The translations under genes and the position numbers were made by a program. This document shows, in pieces, positions 27,838-37,634 of a stretch of DNA of 64,000 bases. Under the pieces are notes generated by a model. The model saw only the letters and a program-made list of their open reading frames with translations, was not told the DNA's origin and did not search any database. This DNA comes from Dehalococcoidia bacterium (GTDB taxonomy: Bacteria > Chloroflexota > Dehalococcoidia > Lucifugimonadales > UBA3495), in contig JAKUQE010000014.1 in the NCBI GenBank assembly GCA_022450395.1, forward strand, positions 868-64,867, written 5' to 3'. The stretch's first letter is position 1. The number at the start of each line of letters is the position of its first letter.

Positions 27838-27880
27838 CGGGCTTTTAAGACAGTCCCGTGAGGCTGGCAAAGTTAACGCC
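27838..27880 (+). promoter_or_regulatory. PyrR-binding RNA element (pyr leader anti-antiterminator loop)
   Basis: GCUUUUAAGACAGUCCCGUGAGGCUGGCAAAG matches the conserved PyrR loop (..AAG.CAGUCC.G.GAGGCUGGCAAAG). A partial second copy, GGUCGUGAGGCUG, is at 27808-27820. Confidence 0.75.
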
Positions 27881-27926
27881 CTTTCCACTCCAACTCGCCA
27901 TCAAGGGCGGGCTGGATGCGCATAAA

Positions 27927-27960
27927 CCCCTTGCCAGCTGATGGGCAAGGGGATTTTTGT
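27927..27960 (+). terminator. Intrinsic terminator of the pyr leader attenuator
   Basis: Perfect 9-bp stem CCCCTTGCC / GGCAAGGGG, 8-nt loop, then ATTTTTGTT. Confidence 0.75.
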
Positions 27961-28068
27961 TGCGTGGGTCGATTGAGCCTACGTTACATAACGGCAGAGC
28001 TAGGCTCAAGAGACCAATCGTAGGCTCGGATTTTCGTCGAATTTGGCAATGGCGTCACGTAGGAGCTT

Positions 28069-28605
28069 ATGGCCGATCGGCAGATAATGAATGACCAGGA
28101 CATCAGGCGGGCTTTAGCCCGGGTGGCCCACGAAATTCTGGAAAGAAACCGTGGCGTTGAAGACCTGGTCATCGTGGGGATTCATACCCGCGGCGTCCAC
28201 CTGGCCCGGCGGTTGGCGAGCAATCTCTCGGAATTTGAAGGAAGTGAGGTGCCGGTGGCGGATCTGGACATCAATCTATACCGCGACGACGTGAAATCCA
28301 GGATGAGCCCCCGGATTCGCCCCACCAGGATGCCCGTTGACATTCAGGGCAAAAAGGTAGTGCTGGTAGACGACGTGCTTTTCACCGGACGCACCGTCCG
28401 CGCCGCGATGGACGCACTCAACGACTTCGGCCGCCCCCAGCAGGTGCAGCTTGCTATCCTGTTGGACCGGGGCCACCGGGAGTTGCCCATACGCGCCGAT
28501 TACGTAGGGCAGAACGTTCCCACGGCGCCGGATGAAGTAGTCCGGGTCAGACTGGTCGAGACCGATGGGATCGACGAGGTAGCTATCGTTCGGGTGGAGG
28601 AATAG
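28069..28605 (+). CDS. pyrR: Bifunctional pyrimidine operon regulator / uracil phosphoribosyltransferase
   Basis: [19 protein letters not shown]...[17 protein letters not shown]...[21 protein letters not shown]. Confidence 0.95.
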   Translation: MADRQIMNDQDIRRALARVAHEILERNRGVEDLVIVGIHTRGVHLARRLASNLSEFEGSEVPVADLDINLYRDDVKSRMSPRIRPTRMPVDIQGKKVVLVDDVLFTGRTVRAAMDALNDFGRPQQVQLAILLDRGHRELPIRADYVGQNVPTAPDEVVRVRLVETDGIDEVAIVRVEE

Positions 28606-28611
28606 GCAGTC

Positions 28612-29628
28612 ATGAGCCTCTTGAACGCCATCGAAACCGAGGCCCAACCTCAGATCGAGGCAGCCGGCGTGCGCAAGCGCCGGCGTCACGTGCTGGACTT
28701 GGACGATTTCTCCCAACAGGAGATCCTCGAAGTCCTGGAGTCGGCTGAGGGCATGTCGGAGGTCCTACATCGGGACATAAAAAAGGTTCCGGCCCTGCGT
28801 GGACGGGTCGTCGTTACCCTGTTCTATGAAGCCAGCACCCGCACCCGTATCTCCTTCGAAGAGGCAGGAAAGATTCTCAGCGCCGATGTTATCAACATGT
28901 CCGCCTCCGGCAGCAGTACTGAGAAAGGCGAGTCTTTGCTCAATACCGGACTGACCATTCAGGCGATGGGAGTCGACATAATCGTCATCCGGCACCCCCA
29001 CTCGGGAGCGCCATACCTGCTGGCCCAGCACCTGGACCGCGTTGGAATAATCAACGCGGGGGACGGCATTCACGCCCATCCCACCCAGGCTCTCTTGGAC
29101 CTGTATACGGTTCGGGAGAAACTTGGGCGGCTGGAAGGACTTAAAGTCGTCATCGTCGGCGACGTTCTGCACAGCAGGGTGGCCCGCTCCAACATCTGGG
29201 GATTCACCAAGATGGGAGCACAGGTGGTCCTTTGCGGACCAAGCACCCTGTTGCCCTTGGACATGCTCCGGCCCCGCGGCGATGACGACGAAAATGATCC
29301 GTTGGCATCGGTTCAAGTCGAAACCAACCTGGACCGGGCACTGGAGGGCGCCGACGTGGTGATGGCGCTGAGACTGCAAGCAGAACGTCAGAACGGCGGA
29401 TTCTTGCCCAGTATGAGGGAGTACATCCGCCGTTGGCAGGTTACCGAGGCCCGGTTAAGCCGAGCCAATCCAGAAGCATTGGTTATGCACCCCGGCCCGA
29501 TGAACGAGGGGATAGAGATAAGCTCTACCCTGGCCCACGGCGGCAGGTCCGTGATTGAGCGGCAGGTAACCAACGGAGTGGCCATCCGCATGGCGCTCCT
29601 GTACCACCTGTCTGCCGGTGGGGAATAG
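28612..29628 (+). CDS. pyrB: Aspartate carbamoyltransferase catalytic subunit
   Basis: LFYEASTRTRISFE...HPTQALLD...VGDVLHSRVARS...HPGPMNEG. Confidence 0.95.
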   Translation: MSLLNAIETEAQPQIEAAGVRKRRRHVLDLDDFSQQEILEVLESAEGMSEVLHRDIKKVPALRGRVVVTLFYEASTRTRISFEEAGKILSADVINMSASGSSTEKGESLLNTGLTIQAMGVDIIVIRHPHSGAPYLLAQHLDRVGIINAGDGIHAHPTQALLDLYTVREKLGRLEGLKVVIVGDVLHSRVARSNIWGFTKMGAQVVLCGPSTLLPLDMLRPRGDDDENDPLASVQVETNLDRALEGADVVMALRLQAERQNGGFLPSMREYIRRWQVTEARLSRANPEALVMHPGPMNEGIEISSTLAHGGRSVIERQVTNGVAIRMALLYHLSAGGE

Positions 29629-30987
29629 GTGTTCGGATTGGCTCCTGACACGATATTGATAAAAGGCCCGCGCATCATCGACCCCGGCAGAGGGGTGGAC
29701 GAGGTGGGAGACATCTTGGTCCGGGACGGCGTTATTCTGGCATCGGGCACTGTCTCTCCGGATGACATCCCGGAAGGTTGCCGTGTCGTCGAGGCCGGTG
29801 GGCTGGTGGCCAGTCCGGGCTTTATCGACATCCACTGCCACCTGAGGGAGCCGGGCTACGAGTACAAAGAAACCATCGCCGCCGGGACTAGGGCCGCGGC
29901 CCGGGGCGGCTTCACCAGCATCTGCTGTATGCCCAACACCGACCCGCCCATAGACAATTCCGCCATGGTTGAATTTATCCAGCAGCGGGCCAGGGACGAA
30001 GGAATAGTCCGGGTCTTTCCCATCGGTTGCGTCACCAAAGGCCGCAAAGGGAAAGAGTTATCCGAGATGGAAGAGTTGGCCGTGGCCGGGGTTGTGGCTT
30101 TTAGTGACGACGGCGACCCGGTGGAAGACCCCAACCTGATGCGCCTGGCCCTGACCTACAGCTCCGACCTAGGACTCCCCGTCACCAACCATTGCCAGGA
30201 CCTGTCATTGTCACGAAACGGGGTGATGGCCGAGGGAAGGGTGGCTACCCGACTGGGCCTTGCAGGCATCCCATCCGCTGTCGAAGAAGCCATGATGGCC
30301 CGGGACATCGCCCTGGCCGAACTGACCGGGGGCCGTATACACCTGGCCCATCTCAGCACCGCCGGCAGCGTGCCGCTGGTAAGGCAGGCCCGGGAACGAG
30401 GCATTCCGGTTACGGCTGAGGTTTGCCCCCACCACCTGACCATCACCGACGAATGGGTATTGGGCGGGCAGGCCTCCGGGACCGGGACGGGCGCATCTTT
30501 TGCCTACGACACTATGACCAAAGTTTACCCGCCCTTGCGCGGTCAACAAGACGTAGACGCTCTGGTGCAGGGCCTGGCCGAAGGGGTGATCGACTGTATC
30601 GCCACCGACCACGCCCCTCACGAACTGATCAGCAAATTGGTCACCTACGAGGACGCTCCTTCAGGCATCAGTGTCTTGGAAACCGCCCTGGGCTCGGCCT
30701 TGCAACTGGTTCACGGGGGTCACATGAGCCTGATCGCTCTGGTGGAGCGGATGACAGTGGGTCCCGCTCGTGTTTTGGGCGCTTCCTTCGACCATTTGTC
30801 TACGCTGGCGCCCGGAACCACCGCGGACATAGTCATCTTTGATCCCGACTTGGAGTGGGTAGTGGACCCCGACGAATTCCAATCCATGGGTAAGAACACC
30901 CCGCTGCGCGGCGCAACGCTGAAGGGTCAGGTGGTAGCCACCATGGTGCAAGGCCGGTTCGTTTACCAGGATGGCGCTGTTGTTTAA
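29629..30987 (+). CDS. pyrC: Dihydroorotase
   Basis: GFIDIHCHLREPG...SDDG...HLAHLS...ATDHAPH. GTG start abuts the pyrB stop. Confidence 0.92.
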   Translation: MFGLAPDTILIKGPRIIDPGRGVDEVGDILVRDGVILASGTVSPDDIPEGCRVVEAGGLVASPGFIDIHCHLREPGYEYKETIAAGTRAAARGGFTSICCMPNTDPPIDNSAMVEFIQQRARDEGIVRVFPIGCVTKGRKGKELSEMEELAVAGVVAFSDDGDPVEDPNLMRLALTYSSDLGLPVTNHCQDLSLSRNGVMAEGRVATRLGLAGIPSAVEEAMMARDIALAELTGGRIHLAHLSTAGSVPLVRQARERGIPVTAEVCPHHLTITDEWVLGGQASGTGTGASFAYDTMTKVYPPLRGQQDVDALVQGLAEGVIDCIATDHAPHELISKLVTYEDAPSGISVLETALGSALQLVHGGHMSLIALVERMTVGPARVLGASFDHLSTLAPGTTADIVIFDPDLEWVVDPDEFQSMGKNTPLRGATLKGQVVATMVQGRFVYQDGAVV

Positions 30988-32074
30988 GCAAGCGCATCTG
31001 GTGCTGGAAGACGGCTCGATCCACCGGGGAGAGGCCTTTGGGGCGGAGTCCGGCGGACATGGCGAGGTGGTGTTCAACACCAGCATGACCGGTTATCAAG
31101 AAGTCCTTACAGACCCGTCATACGCCGGACAGTTGGTGACGCTAACTTATCCTCTGGTGGGCAATTACGGTATCAACCGGGAGGACTTCGAGTCGCGCCG
31201 GATCCAAGTGTCCGGATTGATAGTCCGGGAGCACTGCGATGAGCCCAGCCATTCCCAAGCGGATGAGACTCTTCACGAGTTTCTGAAGTCCCAGGATATA
31301 CCTGGCATCAGCGGGGTGGACACCAGAGCTATAACCCGGCGGCTTCGCGATCGCGGCGTGATGTCGGGCATCATCACCACGGAATCCCCCGAGTTGGCGC
31401 TGGAAAGCTTGGCCGAATCCACCCGTTACGACGATGTCGACTTCGTGCGCACGGTTACCACCGATCACGACTACGCATGGGACGAACCTCCGTTGGAGCC
31501 CGGCGCGCCCGAATACCGGATATTGGTTGCCGATTGCGGACTGAAATACAACATTCTGCGCCTGCTGCGCCAGCGAGGTTGTCATGTCACCGCCGTGCCG
31601 GCCACAATGGCCGCCGAAGACATGCTCGCGATGAAGCCTTCCGGTATCCTTCTTTCGCCGGGTCCGGGAGACCCCCAGTTGCTGGACTATCTGGTGACCA
31701 ACGTGGAGAAGTTGATAGGCAGGGTACCCATGATGGGTATCTGCCTGGGACATCAGATTCTAGCCAGAGCCATGGGCGCCCAGACCTTTAAACTGAAGTT
31801 CGGCCACCGGGGCAGCAACCATCCGGTGAAGGATCTCGCCGACGGCCGGATTTACATAACCGCGCAGAACCATGGGTATGCCGTAAGCAAGGACTCGCTG
31901 CCGCCGGAGCTGGAGATTTCTCACATAAACTTGAACGACGATACCATCGAGGGGCTGAGACACCGGGACCTGCCGGTCTTTACCATTCAGTACCACTCGG
32001 AAGGTTCGCCGGGGCCCCACGATAACGAATACCTGTTCGATCGTTTCCTCAAGTTGGTTCAAGGGGCCGGTTAG
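30971..32074 (+). CDS. carA: Carbamoyl-phosphate synthase small (glutaminase) subunit
   Basis: LVLEDGSIHRGEAFG...EVVFNTSMTGYQEVLTDPSYAGQ...GICLGHQ...HGY. Overlaps the pyrC end by 17 nt. Confidence 0.95.
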   Translation: MALLFKQAHLVLEDGSIHRGEAFGAESGGHGEVVFNTSMTGYQEVLTDPSYAGQLVTLTYPLVGNYGINREDFESRRIQVSGLIVREHCDEPSHSQADETLHEFLKSQDIPGISGVDTRAITRRLRDRGVMSGIITTESPELALESLAESTRYDDVDFVRTVTTDHDYAWDEPPLEPGAPEYRILVADCGLKYNILRLLRQRGCHVTAVPATMAAEDMLAMKPSGILLSPGPGDPQLLDYLVTNVEKLIGRVPMMGICLGHQILARAMGAQTFKLKFGHRGSNHPVKDLADGRIYITAQNHGYAVSKDSLPPELEISHINLNDDTIEGLRHRDLPVFTIQYHSEGSPGPHDNEYLFDRFLKLVQGAG

Positions 32075-32197
32075 TTGCTTTACCAAATCTTCACCAAAGG
32101 AGGATCGCCTATATAGTTTGTAACCCGGAAGATCTATTAAATACGCCAGGTCTGTCAAACCTTGCACGGCCTATAGGAATCTTTTGGAGGTAACCAA

Positions 32198-32614
32198 ATG
32201 TCTTCATTCTCCTTGGTGTTGGTGGAAGAGGGTGTGGAGGTGGAGATCCCTGGCGACTTGACGAGCGTTGTATCGCTCTTGGATGAAGAGGTACCCTGGT
32301 TTTCACATGCCGGACACGAATATCAGCTTACTCCAGGCCGGACGGAGCTGGGAGTCCGGTGGGACTTATCTATCAAACTTATCAACTCGGTCCACCGGGA
32401 CCGGGACCGGCCCACGGTGGGCCATATCGAGCTGGAGGCTCAACACCCAGGGGAGGTTGTCTTCCGAATCCCTCCGCGGGACCGGGAGAATTTCGCCGAA
32501 TACTCGGAGTTTGACCCGACAGGAAATTTCTTGGGATCATTTATCTTTCAAACTTTAAACATGCTCCAAAAAAAGGAGCTAATCACACTGCCGGGTCCCC
32601 TTCCCACGTCTTAG
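32198..32614 (+). CDS. Hypothetical 138-aa protein inserted between carA and carB
   Basis: Strong GGAGG lies 7 nt upstream of ATG 32198. No motif I recognise and no TM or signal sequence. Confidence 0.6.
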   Translation: MSSFSLVLVEEGVEVEIPGDLTSVVSLLDEEVPWFSHAGHEYQLTPGRTELGVRWDLSIKLINSVHRDRDRPTVGHIELEAQHPGEVVFRIPPRDRENFAEYSEFDPTGNFLGSFIFQTLNMLQKKELITLPGPLPTS

Positions 32615-32684
32615 GCATCCAGAATCAATAAAGCCGGTCCGCTGGCGCGTCGGCGGTTAGTGGCGGTTAAAGGGAGCAAAAGGG

Positions 32685-35600
32685 ATTAGCATCTCGGGAA
32701 AACCGGGAAAGGTACTGGTCATCGGCTCCGGGCCTATCGTTATCGGCCAGGCAGCTGAGTTTGACTATGCGGGCACCCAAGCCTGCAAAGCTCTCCGTGA
32801 GGAGGGGGTCACAACGGTACTCGTTAACTCCAACCCGGCAACCATCATGACCGACGACGCGACGGCGGACCACGTCTACATAGAACCTCTGACCGTCGAG
32901 GTCCTCGACCGCATCATTGAGCGGGAGAAGCCCGACGGCATCCTGCCAACTTTAGGCGGCCAAACCGGCTTGAACCTGGCCGTGGCCTTGGCTGACGCCG
33001 GCGTGCTGGATAAGTACAACGTCCGTCTGCTGGGCACTCCTCTGGATACCATACGCCGATGCGAAGACCGTAAGTTGTTCCGGGATTTCCTGCGCGAGGT
33101 AGGCGAGCCGGAACCACGGGGCGAGATTGCGTCAACCATCGAAGAGGCTCGAATCATCGGCAGATCGGTGGGTCTGCCCTTGGTGGTTCGGCCCGCCTAC
33201 ACTCTGGGAGGCAGCGGCGGCGGCTTCGCCAACACTTGGGAAGAGTTCGAGGCCATCGTCGAAAGCGGTCTTTCCACCAGCCCCATCTCCCAGATCCTCC
33301 TGGAGCGGTCCCTGGCCGGTTGGAAAGAGATCGAGTACGAAGTCATGCGCGACGGCGCGGACAACTGCATCACCATCTGTAACATGGAAAACATCGACCC
33401 CATGGGCGTCCACACCGGCGACAGCATCGTCGTCGCCCCCAGCCAAACCCTGACCGATAAAGACTACCAGATGCTCAGGAGCGCCAGCCTCAAGATCATT
33501 CGCGGACTGGGTATCGAGGGTGGCTGCAACGTCCAGTTTGCTCTGCAGCCCCATAGCCGGGTTGCCCAGGCCATCGGGCTAGAACCCGACACCGACTCAC
33601 CCTACTACGTGATTGAAGTCAATCCCAGGGTCAGCCGCAGCTCGGCCCTGGCCAGCAAGGCCACCGGCTACCCCATCGCCCGCGTCGCCGCCAAGATCGC
33701 CGTGGGAAAGCGGCTGGACGAGATTCCCAACGCGGTCACCGATAAGACCAAGGCGGCCTTCGAGCCGGCGTTGGACTACTGTGTGATAAAGATACCCCGC
33801 TGGCCCTTCGACAAGTTCCCCAGCGGCGACCGTAGTGTTACTACCCAGATGAAGGCCACGGGGGAGGTAATGGTCATTGACCGGTCCTTCGAGGCTGCGT
33901 TGCAAAAGGCGGCACGGTCTCTGGATCTGGGTGGTCGTACCCTATTGTGGGAAGACCCGGCATGGCGCGAAGGCGGGGAGATTTCCGTGGACCGCCTGCC
34001 TCTGGAACCCAACGACCTCCGGCTCTGGGCAATCATGGCGGCCATTCGCCGGGATGTGGACTCCACTGCGCTGCTGGAACGTACCTATATCGACCCCTGG
34101 TTCATCAGCGCGTTAACACGGATCGTCGCCATGGAGCGCCGCTTGCTGTCCGAGCCATTGTCTCCGGACCTGTTGTGGCGCGCCAAGCGGTTGGGTTTTT
34201 GCGACGAGCAATTGGGGACGCTGGCCGACATGCTGCCGGAGCAGGTGCGGAATCTCCGGCTCCAGTGGGACATCCGGCCCGTTTACAAGACGGTGGATAC
34301 CTGCGCCGCCGAATTCGAGGCCGTAACGCCTTATTACTACAGCACCTACGACCAAGAGAACGAAGCCGAGCCTTTGCCGGGACCGAAAGCCATCGTGATA
34401 GGCAGCGGGCCCATCAGGATCGGGCAGGGAATCGAGTTCGACTATTGCAGCGTCCATGCCGCCCGGGCCCTTTCCCAGAGCGGTGTCCGCAGCATAATGA
34501 TCAACTCCAACCCCGAAACCGTGTCAACGGACTTCGACTCTAGTGACCGCCTCTACTTCGAGCCGTTGGACGAGGAAGCCGTTCGGGACATCATCGACAA
34601 CGAGACGGTGGACGACCAACCTCCGCCATCGGTGGTGCAATTCGGCGGCCAGACGGCCATCAACCTGTCGCAAGTCCTGTCCGCCGCCGGTCTTCCCATA
34701 TTGGGCTCCAGCGCGGAAGCTATCGACACCGCTTCGGACCGGTACAAGTTCGAGGAGTTCCTGTCCCGGCTGGGAATACCCCAGCCACCGGGCGCGGCGG
34801 TGACCTCGGTAAGCGACGCCCTCCAAGTCGCCCAAAACATCGGATATCCGGCGGTGGTACGCCCCAGCTATGTGCTGGGCGGCCGGGCCATGGAGATCGT
34901 GCAGAACGCCTCGGAACTGATCCGTTACATGACCGCCGCGGTTCAACTGGCCCCCGACCAACCCGTGCTTATCGACCGGTACATGGAAGGCAAGGAGTGC
35001 GAGGTGGACGCCATCTGCGACGGGGAGCAGGTCTTGATTCCCGGAGTTATGGAGCACATAGAACGCGCCGGTGTACACAGCGGCGACTCGATGGCCATGT
35101 ACCCCGCTCTGAACCTGACCAAAGAAGAAGTATCCACGATCGTGGACTACACAACTCGCATCGGCCTGTCGTTGGGGATCCGCGGCCTGATGAACATACA
35201 ATTCGTTATTCTCGGTGGACCGCCTTATCGAAGCCCTCACTTGCCGGTGGAAGCCGCCGCCCCTACTTCGGTGTACGTGCTGGAGGTAAATCCCAGGGGC
35301 AGCCGGACTATTCCGTTCATCTCCAAGGTTACCGGCGTGCCCGTGGCCACCATCGGCACCCGAGTGATGCTTGGCGAAACCCTGGCCTCCCAAGGGTACA
35401 AAGGCGGTCTGTGGCCCAGGCAAAACCTTGTTGGGATAAAAGCTCCGGTGTTCTCCATGGGCAAGCTGGTGGGCGTGGACTGGCACCTAAGCCCGGAAAT
35501 GAAATCGACCGGAGAAGTGATGGGCGTGGACCGGGACTTCGCCGGCGCGTTAACAAAGGCCCTGTTGGCGGCCAACTTGAACTTGACGAAGAAGATGGGT

Positions 35601-35996
35601 GTGCTTCTTAGCATCGCCGACCAGAATAAGGCCGAAGCTCTGGACCTGGTTAGGGATCTGGGGCAGGCCGGCTGCCCCCTCTATGCCACCGAGGGCACCG
35701 CCGCCATGATCTCCGCATTAGGCATCCCGGTTACCGTGGCTAACAAAAGACTGGGCGAAGGCCATCCCAACGTCGTGGACCTTATCACCGACGGTACCGT
35801 GGGAGCGGTGATAAACACCTTGTCAGGGGACACGTCGGTCATGCAGGACGGCTTCTTCATCCGCAGAGCCGCCGTAGAGCGCCAGATCCCTTGCTTCACC
35901 TCGCTGGACACGGCTAGGGCAGCAGTGGAAAGCCTATTGATGGAGCGTACCACCTACAGCGTCTTACCCACCAAGGAGTACTTGGACGCTAAATAG
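32685..35996 (+). CDS. carB: Carbamoyl-phosphate synthase large subunit; the start is probably the non-canonical ATT at 32685
   Basis: The track ORF starts at ATG 32847. The same frame is open from 32661 and encodes the universally conserved GKVLVIGSGPIVIGQAAEFDYAGTQACKALREEG...NSNPATIMTD. AGGGAG (32671-32676) lies 8 nt before ATT 32685. There is no ATG/GTG/TTG in 32661-32846. Confidence 0.9.
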   Translation: MSISGKPGKVLVIGSGPIVIGQAAEFDYAGTQACKALREEGVTTVLVNSNPATIMTDDATADHVYIEPLTVEVLDRIIEREKPDGILPTLGGQTGLNLAVALADAGVLDKYNVRLLGTPLDTIRRCEDRKLFRDFLREVGEPEPRGEIASTIEEARIIGRSVGLPLVVRPAYTLGGSGGGFANTWEEFEAIVESGLSTSPISQILLERSLAGWKEIEYEVMRDGADNCITICNMENIDPMGVHTGDSIVVAPSQTLTDKDYQMLRSASLKIIRGLGIEGGCNVQFALQPHSRVAQAIGLEPDTDSPYYVIEVNPRVSRSSALASKATGYPIARVAAKIAVGKRLDEIPNAVTDKTKAAFEPALDYCVIKIPRWPFDKFPSGDRSVTTQMKATGEVMVIDRSFEAALQKAARSLDLGGRTLLWEDPAWREGGEISVDRLPLEPNDLRLWAIMAAIRRDVDSTALLERTYIDPWFISALTRIVAMERRLLSEPLSPDLLWRAKRLGFCDEQLGTLADMLPEQVRNLRLQWDIRPVYKTVDTCAAEFEAVTPYYYSTYDQENEAEPLPGPKAIVIGSGPIRIGQGIEFDYCSVHAARALSQSGVRSIMINSNPETVSTDFDSSDRLYFEPLDEEAVRDIIDNETVDDQPPPSVVQFGGQTAINLSQVLSAAGLPILGSSAEAIDTASDRYKFEEFLSRLGIPQPPGAAVTSVSDALQVAQNIGYPAVVRPSYVLGGRAMEIVQNASELIRYMTAAVQLAPDQPVLIDRYMEGKECEVDAICDGEQVLIPGVMEHIERAGVHSGDSMAMYPALNLTKEEVSTIVDYTTRIGLSLGIRGLMNIQFVILGGPPYRSPHLPVEAAAPTSVYVLEVNPRGSRTIPFISKVTGVPVATIGTRVMLGETLASQGYKGGLWPRQNLVGIKAPVFSMGKLVGVDWHLSPEMKSTGEVMGVDRDFAGALTKALLAANLNLTKKMGVLLSIADQNKAEALDLVRDLGQAGCPLYATEGTAAMISALGIPVTVANKRLGEGHPNVVDLITDGTVGAVINTLSGDTSVMQDGFFIRRAAVERQIPCFTSLDTARAAVESLLMERTTYSVLPTKEYLDAK

Positions 35997-36950
35997 CTAC
36001 CACTCCATCTCCGTTCCCAATCCCATCTCCGTGGCCTTATCGTAGGCCAGCTTGGCCGCGGCTACGTCGGCCACACCGGTGCCCATCATCTTGGCATAGA
36101 CTATTTGGTTATGATTGTCCCGTCCCGTTACGGTACCGGCGACGGCATGGCGCAACTCCAATAGCTGACTCCACTGAAGCAATCCCCGGTCCACGGCGCT
36201 GGCCATGTCACCGGCCTCGTCACGGACCTGCTCGGCTGAGTCCACGAATATCTTGTCCGCCCGTACCAGCGTTGCGTCGTCCACCTCCCGGATCCGCCAA
36301 GTTGTGGGTCCGGCCCCGATCAGGGTAGTCCCCGTTGCCAGCCATTCCCCGTTCACCACCGGCTCCGTAGCCGCGGCGATGCAGATAACAATGTCGCTGC
36401 CTTCCACCACCTCCTGAGCCGCGGATGCCGAGGAAACCGGCACACCCAAGGAATCGGTCATCGACTTGGCAAAGGCGTCCCGCTTCTCGGCGGTTCGGCT
36501 GAAGGCCTTGACGCTCTTTATGTTCCTAACTTTACTAACCGCCTCTAACTGAGTGGGAGCTTGATACCCGGTGCCGATGATCCCCACGGTGGCGGCATCG
36601 GAATTGGACAAGTATTTCACCGCGACGGCTGTAGTGGCCCCGGTGCGCAGTTGGCCCAGGCGGTTGGCCTGCGTGTAGCACATGAGGCGGCCTGTCTCGG
36701 CGTCGTAAAGGCTCACTTGGAAAGAGTAGGTGCCCCGAACCACGGTGTAGGTTTTAACACCCAAAACGCCGTCGTAGAAGAGTCCCCCGCCCATGACCGC
36801 CAACATCCCCCCGCCGGCGATTATCTTGCGCCGGGGCAGAATCATGGCCTCACCACGCCCAAAATGCCCCTGCATAGACTCGATTGCCGGCAACATGTCA
36901 TCCATGGTGACAGCGCGTGAAACTTCTTCATCCCGTAAAAATAAGGCCAT
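35997..36950 (-). CDS. Ornithine cyclodeaminase/mu-crystallin family protein
   Basis: LRDEEVSRAVTMDDMLPAIE...RTGATTAVAVKYL...GIIGTGYQA (Rossmann) pattern. Confidence 0.8.
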   Translation of the reverse strand: MALFLRDEEVSRAVTMDDMLPAIESMQGHFGRGEAMILPRRKIIAGGGMLAVMGGGLFYDGVLGVKTYTVVRGTYSFQVSLYDAETGRLMCYTQANRLGQLRTGATTAVAVKYLSNSDAATVGIIGTGYQAPTQLEAVSKVRNIKSVKAFSRTAEKRDAFAKSMTDSLGVPVSSASAAQEVVEGSDIVICIAAATEPVVNGEWLATGTTLIGAGPTTWRIREVDDATLVRADKIFVDSAEQVRDEAGDMASAVDRGLLQWSQLLELRHAVAGTVTGRDNHNQIVYAKMMGTGVADVAAAKLAYDKATEMGLGTEMEW

Positions 36951-37261
36951 ATCAAATTCCTTTCAAGGTTCACCGCGCGGGTTTATCGGCGCCGGCGATT
37001 CAATTGGCCGCTAGTTTACCCTGCATTCCGAGAACTGACAACGTGACTGAACCAGTGGAGAACGCTACCGAAATCATTTTTACCGAGGGAAACCTATTGA
37101 CATAACTATAGGGAATATTATATATCTATTATTCGCGAGTGGATGACGTATACAGCGTCAAAGGCCGCTGGGGTGTTAGTTGGTCTGGGGACCTGGCCAT
37201 GTCGATATCCGGCTTCCGCCGAATCAGAGAGGGAAGTATCTAAGAATCCTACTGGGAGCGA

Positions 37262-37507
37262 TTACTTGCCGGCCCAAAACTCCCGGTTCTTGCGTATGTA
37301 CTCCCGCCACTTGGAAGGGACGGTGAATTCGTCAAAGATAGCGTTCACCGGACAGACCGATTCACAGTAGGAGCAGTCGATACAAGTTACCGGATCAATA
37401 TAGTACATCTCGGTGGAGTCGGTAGTTGCGATGCAATCTACCGGACACACTTCAAGACAGCTAGCGTCTTTGACTCCGATACATGGCTCGGTGATTATAT
37501 AGGGCAT
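37262..37507 (-). CDS. Ferredoxin (7Fe/8Fe-type 4Fe-4S ferredoxin)
   Basis: MPYIITEPCIGVKDASCLEVCPVDCI...CIDCSYCESVCPVNAI. Confidence 0.85.
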   Translation of the reverse strand: MPYIITEPCIGVKDASCLEVCPVDCIATTDSTEMYYIDPVTCIDCSYCESVCPVNAIFDEFTVPSKWREYIRKNREFWAGK

Positions 37508-37605
37508 AATTCTGACACCAGAGGTTGGGTGATCCGGTTGACCTATCCGGCCAACGATAGAGAAAAGGTTACCGTAAGGTTTATTCTCGATTCGGCTACA
37601 CTATT

Positions 37606-37634
37606 TTGTCAAGCGATAACATATGATATATTAT
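37606..37634 (+). promoter_or_regulatory. Candidate promoter overlapping a LysR-type T-N11-A dyad
   Basis: TTGTCA (37606-37611), 17-nt spacer, TATTAT (37629-37634). The dyad ATAA-N11-TTAT at 37616-37634 lies in an AT-rich gap between the divergent ferredoxin and LysR genes. Confidence 0.4.

Noticed and set aside
34524-35486. 320-aa minus-strand ORF inside carB
   Set aside because: It is antisense to a highly conserved enzyme and has no recognisable motifs. Shadow ORF.
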